A stretch of 64,000 bases of DNA. It comes from Octopus vulgaris. Its lineage: Eukaryota. Location: assembly GCA_951406725.2 (NCBI GenBank), contig OX597814.1, positions 182,838,001 to 182,902,000 on the forward strand, in the 5' to 3' direction. The number at the start of each line of letters is the position of its first letter. Positions within the stretch are counted from its first letter, which is position 1. The translations under genes were made by a program, and so were the position numbers. The notes beneath the pieces are model-generated. The model ran no database searches and was not told the origin of the DNA. It saw only the letters and a program-made list of their open reading frames with translations. Shown here piece after piece: positions 50,872 through 61,632 of this stretch.

Positions 50872-51289
50872 ATTTCTTTACTACCCACAAAGGGCTAAAC
50901 ACAGAAGGGGACAAACAAGGACAGACAAAAGGATTAAGTCGATTATATCGACCCCAAGTGCGTAACTGGTACTTATTTAATCGACCCCAAAAGGATGAAA
51001 AGCAAATTCGACCTCGGCGGAATTTGAACTCAGAACGTAGCGGCAGACAATATACCTATTTCTTTACTACCCACAAGGGGCTAAACACAGAGAGGACAAA
51101 CAAGGACAGACAAACAGATTAAGTCGATTATATCGACCTCAGTGCGTAACTGGTCCTTAATTTATCGACCCCGAAAGGATGAAAGGCAAAGTCGACCTCG
51201 GCGTAATTTGAACTCATAACGTAACGGCAGACGAAATACGGCTACGCATTCCGCCCGGCGTGCTAACGTTTCTGCCAGCTCGCCGCCTT
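50872..51289 (-). mobile_element. SINE family B head-to-tail dimer with 21-bp TSD
   Basis: TSD cggtcaatatctggaatacct at 50851-50871 and 51292-51312; junction at about 51055. Confidence 0.92.
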
Positions 51290-51721
51290 ATCGGTCAATA
51301 TCTGGAATACCTTACTGATAAGTTTGCGTTGCCAAGCTTGATCTGAAGAAAAAGCAGAAACCAACAGAGGTTATTTTGGTTTGAACATTTGAACAGGTGT
51401 TAACGAAGCCATGTTATTAAAAAGTCAATTTATTATCTGCGTTTCCAAATTAAATTGGCGTAATGACAAATAGAAATATGCTATCAGAATATTAAATCAA
51501 TCAACTAGAATAATGACCAAACAACCATGCAAAGCACATAACAGAAATTACTCCCACAAGAATTACCATTTATTCCTCTTATACGTCATGCTACTTCACT
51601 ATTTTGACCTCGAGTCTATAACAGAGTTTAAATGTGCTCTCTCAACTTGCAAGAAATAGTAGTCAAATCTCGCTAAAATTACCTTCCTATCGTCTTAAAA
51701 AGAGATAATCACATTAGGTAG

Positions 51722-51969
51722 GCGAAAGCAATGTGGTGGACAACGAAAAACCTGGCTGATGACAGTAAGGGCTGATCTGGAACCCAGCCTAGGCCCCCCA
51801 TATCTACGGCGTTCGCCGCTGGAATAAGGAGTGGTTGGAGATGACGCGGTCGTTAGCCTCAAATCGCCAGGCCTGGTCGGCGTTTGTGAGAGATGCAGCA
51901 TTGAGGATGAATGAAGCCAGCTCAACCCACCCCGGGTGAATACTGTAAGAAGAAGAAGAAGAAGAAGAA
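51722..51969 (+). mobile_element. RTE-clade LINE 3' end with (AAG)n tail
   Basis: RKQCGGQRKTWLMTVRADLEPSLG/PHIYGVRRWNKEWLEMTRSLASNRQAWSAFVRD...PG* then (gaa)n. Confidence 0.85.
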
Positions 51970-52305
51970 TATATTCTTAGTTATACAATGCTGAGAAAAG
52001 AACGGAACACTCGTGGCAGTAATGCCTTTGCTCGTAAATCTGCTTCGTTATACTTGACCTGGAGAAAAAAAAACAATGACAGTAGCATGAACAACGGTTA
52101 TTTTGGCCCGAGCATTTTAACTAGTGTTAACGAAGTGGTTTTTTTGGAAATCTATTTTATCGTTCAGGAGAGCAAATTAAATTGACCTAATAACTATTAG
52201 AAATATGTCATTAGAATGTTCATACTTGTATGATGTTTCCTTCTATTTACCCATTAAGTATTTCATCTTTGTGTTGTCCTATCAAGTATTTATACTCTCT
52301 AATGT

Positions 52306-52686
52306 GGAGGCGCAATGGCCCAGTGGTTAGGGCAGCGGACTCGCGGTCGTAGGATCGCGGTTTCGATTCCCAGACCGGGCGTTGTGAGTGTTTATTGAGC
52401 GAAAACACCTAAAAGCGCCACGAGGCTCCGGCAGGGATGGTGGTGATCCCTGCTGTACTCTTTCACCACAACTTTCTCTCACTCTTACTTCCTGTTTCTG
52501 TTGTACCTTTATTTCAAAGGGCCAGCCTTGTCACTCTCTGTGTCACGCTGAATATCCCCGAGAACTACGTTAAGGGTACTCGTGTCTGTGGAGTGCTCAG
52601 CCACTTACACGTTAATTTCACGAGCAGGCTGTTCCGTTGATCGGATCAACCGGAACCCTCGTCGTCGTAACCGACGGAGTGCTTCC
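52306..52686 (+). mobile_element. SINE family C, full length, with 14-bp TSD
   Basis: A-box tggcccagtgg, B-box gtttcgattccc; TSD atactctctaatgt at 52292-52305 and 52687-52700. Confidence 0.93.
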
Positions 52687-52710
52687 ATACTCTCTAATGT
52701 TCTACTAAGT

Positions 52711-53047
52711 TGAGACGCCCTTCGGTCATGACTGACCGTGGGATTGCACCTAGAAAGTTACCCTCCCAGGCACAAGTCCGGACGAGGTTGTTTATGGAAG
52801 ACCAACAGTCGCCCATGCACACCGGCCTCCCTTCTCCATGCCACCAGTGTTATCCAAGGGAAAGGCAACGGCCGATACAGCTTGGCACCTGTGACGTTGC
52901 AACTCATTTCTACAGCTGAGTGAACTGGAGCAACGAGAAATAAAGTGTCTTGCTCAAGAACACAACACGCAGCCTGGTCCGGGTTTTGAACTCACAACCT
53001 CACAATCGTAAGCTCGACGCTCTGACCACTGAGCCATGCGCCTTCAC
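52711..53047 (-). mobile_element. SINE family D, full length
   Basis: gtgaaggcgcatggctcagtgg ... catgaccgaagggcgtctca. Confidence 0.9.
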
Positions 53048-53912
53048 TAAGTACTTATAAGTATCTACTAAGTATCTATACCCAAATGACAATCGTCTTG
53101 TGAGGTATCGAGTTTACTGAAGGTTTACCTTCTGACGTATTCCTCTGTGTATTTGAATTCTGAAGTGTTGTTCTGAGTATTTACTCTAAAGGGTTCTGCT
53201 GAATATTTAGCCATTAAAATATTCTACTAAATATTATGTGTTGTTGCGATTAACGGAATATTTTCTTTCGGTAGAATACTGAGTATATAGACTCAGAATT
53301 TTACTGAGCATTCATTCTCAGCAGTGAGTCACTGATAATTTATTCTCTGTGGCGTGTTTTGATAATTTAGCAAACAATCATTTCTCTTTCAAATTCCAGA
53401 TGAAACACACACGCACAATGTAAGCAACAGGATATCAAGTAGTGAAGCGGTACAACTATTTCAAGCGGCTCTATTTAATTGAACAATGCAATCATTACAT
53501 CAATTTAAATGCAGTGCCATCACCAGCTGCACAAATAAATAAATAGAATTTCAACTAGTTGGACTCATTAATATAATTTTTCTCAAATACTTTAACAGAG
53601 CAAGAAGATGGAAGAATTTCATGTTGTCGCTACTGTAGCTAAGAATAGACTACACTTCCAAGAATCGCATGAAGCCCATTCGGTCGTAGTTTGTTAAGGA
53701 TTGTAATTCATTTCTAATTCATTTATCTCTTTATCAACTACTAAATTTAAGATTAGAGGACTGTGTCTGTTTAGAATAAAGGACAAAAGTGAGTTGACAG
53801 CTCATGGTCATAAATATTGGTCATAAATATTGTCATAAATATGGTCATAAATATTGTATTATGAATCTCTTTTCCTCAGGGAGGAAAGAAGACATTAGGA
53901 GTAGTCAGTTTG

Positions 53913-54542
53913 ATACTCTTACTCTTTTACTCTTTTACTTGTTTCAGTCATTTGACTGTGGCCATGCTGGAGCACCGCCTTTAGTCGACTTATTCTTTGT
54001 AAGCCTAGTACTTATTCTATCGGTTTCTTTTGCCGAACCGCCACGGGGACGCAAACACACCAGCATCGGTTGTCAAGCGATGTTGGGGAGACAAACACAG
54101 ACACACAACCCCCTTCCACATATATGTATATATGCATACATACGACGGGATTCTTTCAGTTTCCGTCAACCAAATCCACTCACAAGGCTTTGGTTGGCCT
54201 GAGGCTATAGTAGAAGACACTTGCCCAAGGTGCCACGCAGTGGGACTGAACCCGGAACCATGTGGTTCGTAAGCAAACTACTTACCACACAGTCACTCCT
54301 ACGCCTGATATAGAGTATATATATATACTCTTTACTCTTTTACTCTTTTACTTGTTTCAGTCATTTGACTGCGGCCATGCTGGAGCACCGCCTTTAGTCG
54401 AGAAAATCGACCCCGGGACTTATTCTTTGTAAGCCCAGTACTTATTCTATCGGTCTCTTTTGCCGAACCGCTAAGTGACGGGGACGTAAGCACACCAGCA
54501 TCGGTTGTCAAGCAATGCTAGGGGACAAACACAGACACGCAA

Positions 54543-54573
<31 letters not shown>

Positions 54574-54746
54574 CATATATACGACAGGCTTCTTTCAGTT
54601 TCCATCTACCAAATCCACTTACAAGGCATTGGTAGGCCCGGGGCTATAGCAGAAGACACTTGCCCAAGATGCCACGCAGTGGGACTGAACCCGGAACCAT
54701 GTGGTTCGTAAGCAAGCTACTTACCACACAGCCACTCCTACGCCTG
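53913..54746 (-). mobile_element. Two tandem SINE family A copies
   Basis: 53913-54306 and 54327-54746; flank tgatatagagtatatatata is duplicated. Confidence 0.92.
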
Positions 54747-54753
54747 ATATAGA

Positions 54754-54810
<57 letters not shown>

Positions 54811-54811
<1 letters not shown>

Positions 54812-55196
54812 TAGCAGTATCGCCCGGCGTTGCTCGGGTTTGTAAGGGAAATAACTATATAAGCATTTTTAGAGAGTTATAGCCAAAAAAATGCATTAAA
54901 AATGGAAAAAAAATGATGGTAAATTTTTTAAAATCGTTGACTCATCGTAGACATTTTTAGAGAGTTACTTCCCTTATATAATAGCGAAAAAATGCATTAA
55001 AATGGGAAAAAATGATGGTAAATTTGTTTTTAAATCGTAGACTCATCGTAGACGCGCGCTAATACCCAGAAGGGCTCGATATGAATCACGACTATAAGAT
55101 ACCCGGTTTTGGTTAAACTGCACCGCAAAATGTGGGACTAGTTAGGAATCTAAATCGTAGGAGCCAGACACACAACCTCTCTTTTATATATAAATA
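54811..55196 (-). mobile_element. Non-autonomous Helitron in a (TA)n tract
   Basis: Near-identical to 24763-25156. Confidence 0.85.
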
Positions 55197-55611
55197 TATC
55201 TTACACACACGCGCGCACACGCACGCACACACACACACACACACATTATATATTAATAGTAATAGTATGACAACAAAAGAATGAATGAGATTTCGATATT
55301 ATGTAAATAGAGGAATTTATCTGTAATATAATATGTGACAATTATTCGGTTGCCATAATAAAACTCCAACTTTTTGGGTCATGTCCACACATGGCTAAAT
55401 ATTTGTTACGTTTTTGGTCCCCACAAAATCACAGATAGAACCTGCTTTTTATATTGTGTCCACGTACAAACAAATTTATCTCTCTCTATCTTTTATATAT
55501 ATTTATTTACATATATTTTTTTACATATTTTATATATTTTTATTGCTTTATATAGTTTTACATATTTTTTTCTGTATATTACATTTCACCCTGTATTTTT
55601 TGTGCGTTTGA

Positions 55612-55667
55612 GTATATAGACGTGTATATGAACATATTTGTGCGCGTATGGGTATATACGTGTTTGT

Positions 55668-55714
<47 letters not shown>

Positions 55715-56075
55715 CGTGTGTGCGAGTATGTATATGTGTACATGTGTATGGTTGCATATATATGTATACATATAGGTGTGTGTATGGGGGGGGGTTTGCA
55801 TGTATATGTTTCACGCGAGTGTGAGTGAGAATATGCATATATAGCATATGCGTATTATAGACGTGTATAAGAATATAATTGTGAGCGTATGGGTATGTGC
55901 ACGTGTGTGTGCGGATATGTACATGTGTATGGTTGCATATATGTGTGCACATATAGGCGTGTGTGTAGGTGTGCATGTATGTGTTTCACGCGAGTGTGAG
56001 TGAGCATATGCATATAAGCACATGTATGTGGGTGTGTGTGCACGCATGTGTATGTATGTGCTTGCGCGCATACGC
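55612..56075. repeat. TG/TA-rich minisatellite with duplicated blocks
   Basis: tatagacgtgtata, gtacatgtgtatggttgcatatat and tttcacgcgagtgtgagtgag each occur twice. Confidence 0.8.
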
Positions 56076-56285
56076 GAATTCTATGAAGGTCTTTTACTTT
56101 CTCCCCTTCGGGTTTTTTTCCCCTCTTTATTTAACGGTCATTCTAATCGCTTTTTTGTTTGTCTTAATAAAATTATTTATATAATTATAGAATATTTTGT
56201 ATAATTTACCTAAAATAGTTTTTAACGTATTGACTACTTGGTAAAATTATTAGTATTAATAATCTTACCCTATATTATTATTATT

Positions 56286-56346
<61 letters not shown>

Positions 56347-56492
56347 TAGTTGAAGGAATTATCCTAGTATGGATAATTCGGTTAACCGATACCCGGGTAG
56401 CAAATTTACGTCAGAAATCACGGTTGAAGCTACATGCCAAGGGCAGAAATCACGTGCTTTCGTGTGGAAATTTGTGTGTTTTTTTACTATAA

Positions 56493-56887
56493 ATAAATGA
56501 AAGAATGGAGTCGAACGACGATTTAACAAAATTCCTTTATTCTCGACATATGTTTCGAAAACTGCATATTCTCAATTCCGAAGGAATAAAGGGTGCATTA
56601 TGCCGCCTTCTCACCAGGAAAGACAAGGAACTTATGTCAGCATCATGATGAACAAAAACTTTTAGATGACTGCCCACACGGAGTCCATTATCACTATGGA
56701 CTCCGTGTGGGCAGTCATCTAAAAGTTTTTGTTCATCATGATGCTGACATAAGTTCCTTGTCTTTCCTGGTGAGAAGGCGGCATAATGCACCCTTTATTC
56801 CTTCGGAATTGAGAATATGCAGTCTTCGAAACATATGTCGAGAATAAAGGAATTTTTTAAATCGTCGTTCGACTCCATTCTTTCATT

Positions 56888-56890
<3 letters not shown>
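56493..56890. mobile_element. Near-perfect 398-bp palindrome (inverted PLE pseudo-LTR-like)
   Basis: Arms 56493-56688 and 56696-56890, 7-nt spacer, one substitution and one indel seen; the mirrored ORFs in the track agree. Confidence 0.92.
56754..56852 (+). ncRNA. Type I hammerhead-like motif, core variant CUGGUGA (mirror copy at 56532-56630, minus strand)
   Basis: ttcctt-gtc-tttc CTGGTGA GAAGGC.gcata...tatgc.GTCTTC GAAA CATATG TC gaga-ata-aaggaa: all three stems pair, internal loop in stem I, GUC triplet. Confidence 0.7.
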
Positions 56891-56921
<31 letters not shown>

Positions 56922-56930
56922 CATACATAT

Positions 56931-57309
56931 GCTGGTTGCCTGATATCTTTATGCCCTGTATCATCGATGAGCTACACGAATCTGGCTTTTGAGGCCTGCC
57001 AAAGACATCCATGGTTTTTGACAATTAGTGCAAGAAAACTTGGTGATTGTTTGGTTTACAGTTCCATGAACTTTACTATGTCTTTTCAAGCCACCTTTTG
57101 ATCTGCATACTTTATGACAGAGTATGCATTCGAAATCATCTGTCCATCTGTAATCAATGTGCGGTTGTGCTTCGTATGGCTCTTTAGCCCAGACTTACTA
57201 AGATAAATCTTTCCACATTCATCACAGATCATCACGTTCCTGTCACTTTTTCTCATCTTTCTCTAGATCTTTGCATTCTCCATTCTCTTTCTAATTCATT
57301 TTTGCCTCC
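56931..57309 (-). mobile_element. RTE LINE 3' end with three tandem C2H2-like zinc fingers
   Basis: ICDECGKIYLSKSGLKSH / FECILCHKVCRSKGGLKRHSKVH / FSCTNCQKPWMSLAGLKSQIRVAH* (one frameshift), short UTR, then simple repeat. Confidence 0.75.
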
Positions 57310-57423
57310 TGTTATATGGCACGTTCGGATGTCCTCTACTCAACTCCTCGACGTCTAGACTTCTCCCTCTATATCTACGTATTGGGCTAGCCTACATCAT
57401 CGACTGGGGACGTCGACACAACA
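57310..57423 (-). mobile_element. 114-bp 3' LTR of a Ty3/Gypsy element
   Basis: TGTTGTG...ATATAACA directly after the purine tract AGAAGGGAGCGG (57424-57435); homologous to 1272-1427. Confidence 0.85.
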
Positions 57424-58062
57424 CCGCTCCCTTCTGAGTTTTTTGAACCCGAATTTATCAATTTTATTTCTTCGGTGAGAAGCTGGCATATCTTTTTCTC
57501 TTAGCGTTAATTTCCATAATTTCTGTAGGTTTTCTTTTCCTGTTCGACCCACGTGTCGGTTCTGCTTTTGCTTATGGTTCTGGGACCTCGAACAAATCAT
57601 ACCATAAATCCATTTGTTCTTCTCGCCTCTTTTGGGTTTTAGTATATCTTTTTTTAATTGGTTTAAATACCTTCTGTGTTCATATTTTGGTCCTTTTACC
57701 ATGCACATCACGTTACCCAGACGTCCAGTTATACTTCCTTATTCCCAGTCCTGTTTTCTGTTACTATATATTTTAAAATACACTTTGTCACCTGTGTTAA
57801 AAAATTTTGTTTTTCTTTCCGAATTTTCTATTTTCTGTTTCCTGCTCGGCAACCATTTGTCAAAACTAGAACGAATTTTTCTGGAAAATATCAAATCTGC
57901 GGGTGGCCTACCCGACTCTGCATTTGGATTCTGTGTTATTCTATACACCTGCAAAAACTTTGTCATATTTGTATCTTCAAGGATTTTCGGTCTGGTCTTC
58001 CTTAAGGCTCTCTTGAATGTGTCGACGAATCTCTCCGCTAACCCATTTGACCTTGGATGGTA
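57424..58062 (-). mobile_element. Ty3/Gypsy integrase C-terminal remnant
   Basis: YHPRSNGLAERFVDTFKRALRK...FLQVYRIT...PADLIFSRKIRS...FNTGDKVYF...HRRYLNQL. Confidence 0.9.
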
Positions 58063-58074
58063 AATTTATGATTT

Positions 58075-59240
58075 ATGGTTAAGCCAAGTGCCTCACAAGC
58101 CATTGCATTCGTAAGATTTTGCATGTCCTCCTCAGTATGAGTGATAATATCACAATCATCTGCATAGAGGAGGTCTCTAGTAAGAGTTGAAGACGTTCCT
58201 GACTTAGCTGACAGTCTTCTGATGTTAAAGATTTTTCCTGCTGTGCGATATCTATATATCTGCCTTCATAGGAGCCTTTGAAAGCCAATTGAAAAACTAT
58301 GGTAAATAGAGGGTGAAGAGAGTGGGTACTAGTATGTCACCTTGTTTTACCCCATTGATGACAGAGTTAAGCTTCGAGAGCTTTCCACCGCTGTTGGTCC
58401 TTACTTCCATGCCATCATGAAACTGTTTCAGAATAGTGAGAAACTTTACTGGACATCCAAGTCTCCTCAAGATCTCCCACAAGGCAGTTCGATTGACAGA
58501 GCCAAAGGCGTTAGTAAGATCAATGAATACCTGAGAAAGTCCTGTTTGCTGTCCCACACACTTTTCTTGTAACTGCCGTGCAGAAAAGGTCATGTCAACA
58601 GAACCCCTACCATTTCTGAATTCGCTCTGTGATTCAGGAAGAATTTCATTAGCCACATATAACTGCAGCCAGTCCAACATTTTTCGTGATAAAACTTTGC
58701 CGGTTGTAGCAAGCAGGCAAATACTAGAAAGTTATTGCATTCATCCTTTTATCCCTTACCCTAACCCTAACTTCCATGACTGCATCCTTCCAATCTTTTA
58801 GCATAACTTCCTTTTTCCATATCTTCTGTATTATTGCTGTCAGCATTTCTAACAAGTAGTAACCACAAAATTTAAATAGTTCTACATTCAGACTATCAAC
58901 TCCCGGTGCTTTGCCATTGTTCAGCTTTGATACTGCTTTTATTGTTTCCTCTACTGAAGGGATGTCATATAAGCACTCAATGGGTGCATTCTGTGGAATC
59001 ATATCAATACTTTTTTCTATCAACAATTGCTGGTCCAGCAATTGTTGAGAGAAATGAAATGTTTCTCCCATCGTTTTAAGATGTCTTTGGGCTCCTTCAA
59101 TAAAACACCATTCCTATTCTTCACACGAGCCAAAGTAGGATATGATGCCCCTTACACCTCACGAAGGAGAGTATATAATAACTTAGTGTTCTTAACATTG
59201 GAAGCAACCTCTATCTCTTCTGCTTTCCAGTCTAGAAATA
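58075..59240 (-). mobile_element. RTE/BovB-type LINE RT region (pseudogenised)
   Basis: GKAPGVD...WKDA...LPESQSEFRNGRGSVDMTFSARQLQEKC...VFIDLTNAF...GVKQGDILVPTLF...LYADD. Confidence 0.92.
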
Positions 59241-59349
59241 AAACGACAGATATTTCTACATACATACATGCAAATTATATTATACTGACTTTTGCTTAAT
59301 GATCTAAAAGAATTTTGAAAAATTGTTAAATACACATATATATTTGATG

Positions 59350-59547
59350 GGGCCGACCAAAGCCTTGTGAGTGGATTTGGGAGACAGAAACTAAAAGAAG
59401 CCCGTCGTATATCTATATAGGGTTAGCGGTTCGGCAAAATGATCCGATAAAATTAGTAACAGGTTTACAAAGAATAAAGGCGAATTCTTCAACTAATAGG
59501 CGATATCCAGCATGGCCACAGTCAAAATGACTGAAACAAGTAAAAGA

Positions 59548-59548
<1 letters not shown>
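59350..59548 (+). mobile_element. SINE family A, deleted copy
   Basis: gggccgaccaaagccttgtgag...catggccacagtcaaaatgactgaaacaag. Confidence 0.8.
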
Positions 59549-59579
<31 letters not shown>

Positions 59580-59604
59580 CCTTTTACTCTCTCTCTATAT
59601 GTAT

Positions 59605-59636
<32 letters not shown>

Positions 59637-59737
59637 TTTAGATGAAGTACTCAATATAAGTACTTAAGTATATCGCACTTATCCTTACACACCACCTTTG
59701 TATTAGTAATGTAATCCGAAGGCTGCATGAGTTTTTA

Positions 59738-60120
59738 TAGGCGCAGACGTGGTTGTGTGGTAAGAAGCTTGCTTCCCAACCCCATGGTTCCAGGTTCGGT
59801 CGCATTGCGTGGCACCTTGGGCAAGTGTCTTCTATTATAGCCTTGGGCCGACCAAAACCTTGTGAATGGATGTGGTAGACGGAAACTGATAAAAGCCTGT
59901 CGTGTGTATGTGTGTGTGTGTGTGTGTGTATGTATTTGTCCTCCCCAGCTTGATTACCGGTGCTGGTGTGTTTTCGTTCCCGTACCTTATCATTTCGGCG
60001 AAAGAGACCGATAGAATAAGTACTAGGCTTCAAAAAAGTCCTAGGGTCGATCTGTTCGACTAAAACCCTTCAAGGCACTACTCCAGCATGACCACAATCG
60101 ACTGAAACAAGTAAAAGATA
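59738..60120 (+). mobile_element. SINE family A
   Basis: Homology to the other copies. Confidence 0.88.
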
Positions 60121-60269
60121 AAATATGTAGCCAATGACACCACTAACCCACTTGGCCAACTGCAAACCTATTTGTCCATTACATTTGTAGATGTTCAGCT
60201 TTTATCGATTCAGTTTCTAAATGTTTTTGCCGAAAATATTTTATTACTATGGTTTCATTACATAAAAGA

Positions 60270-60765
60270 ATGAAAACTGAAATTTGTTGGAGTTGCTATC
60301 TCTTCGAGCAAAACAGTATTGCGGCAAGGGAGTATGGTGGGACCAAAAAGTTAGTGTGTTGTTGGAAGAACCGCAAAGCCTGCCTGAAGACTGTTTCACA
60401 GAAAAGTGTTGAAAAACTGGAAGATTATTTAGAAGTTTATATCAATGAAAACTGACAAAAGCAAAGACTGCCTGAAGATAGTTTCACAGCAAAATTGTGT
60501 TGCGAGAATCGGAATCTGGCTTTGGTGTGAATTGTAAAATTATTTGGAAGATTAGATCAATGAAAACAACAGATAAATAGTTATACACTTAACTGAGTAA
60601 AGCACATCCAAATGAATGTAATGGTTTGAAAATGACAGTAAGCTGATGTTCTTGCTTTGTGAAAAGGAAAGATGTGATAGAGCGACAAAGACAAAAATTG
60701 CATATAAACTCCCGGTAGACTTTGAAGAAAAATTACAAATTTCCATAGAAATACATAGGCGCAGG
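60270..60765 (+). mobile_element. pogo/Tc2 (POGK-like) transposase remnant
   Basis: NSIAAREYGGTKKLVCCWK (Brinker-like DNA-binding domain) and TKIAYKLPVDFEEKL; possible TIR end gaaaatacggTA at about 61779. Confidence 0.65.
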
Positions 60766-61204
60766 TATATTTGTGTGATTATGAAGCTCTGGGGAGAGAT
60801 AAATCGTCGATCAATTAATCTGACATCTAGCCATAAATCATTGTAAAAAAGCAAAAGAAGCATAAAAAATTTACATTTGTCCAGTGTCTAATTACACTCC
60901 TATGTCTTCAAAGATAACTCTTGGCAGTTTATGTATACTTGAGGTGGTTTCATTTAACTGGGTTTTATTTACGAGGCAATTACAAAACAGAATGTTTTGT
61001 TGGTGTCATTAATAAAAAGTAATTTCCCGTTTGATAGTAATACACTAGCGTTTTCAGAAAGTAGACTACAAAAATCACGAGGAAAACATCATGGATCACC
61101 AAATATAAACTTACTTTTAATTATATTATGCAACGCATAACATATTTCCGGTACACTAGTCGACAGAGTATATAGTGTAAACATATAGTTTAAAAATTCA
61201 TACA

Positions 61205-61368
61205 CAGGTGTAGAGTGATTGTGTGGTAAGTAACTTGCTTACCAACCACATGGTTCTGGGTTCAGTCCCACTGCGTGGCACCTTGGGCAAGTGTCTTCTA
61301 CTATAGCCTCGGGCCGACCAAAGCCTTGTGAGTGGATTTGGTAGGCGGAAACTGAAAGAAACCCGTCG

Positions 61369-61403
<35 letters not shown>

Positions 61404-61632
61404 ATGTATGTGTGTGTATACGTGTTTGTGTATCTGTGGATGTCCCCCCCCCCCAACATCGCTTGACAACCGATGCTGCTGTGTTACGTCCCTGTAACTT
61501 AGCGGTTCGGCAAAGAGACCGATAGAACAAGTACTAGGCTTACAAAGAATAAGAGTCCTGGGGTCGACTTGCCCGACTAAAGGTGGTGCTCCAGTATGGC
61601 CACTGTCAAATGACTGAAACAAGTAAAAGAGT
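61205..61632 (+). mobile_element. SINE family A
   Basis: Homology to the other copies. Confidence 0.9.

Noticed and set aside
52306-52380. tRNA-like sequence with A and B boxes (also at other SINE heads)
   Set aside because: Continues directly into a SINE body with a TSD and lacks a proper acceptor stem; not a tRNA gene.
56537-56847. Two near-identical 84-aa ORFs on opposite strands
   Set aside because: A consequence of the palindrome, not evidence of coding.
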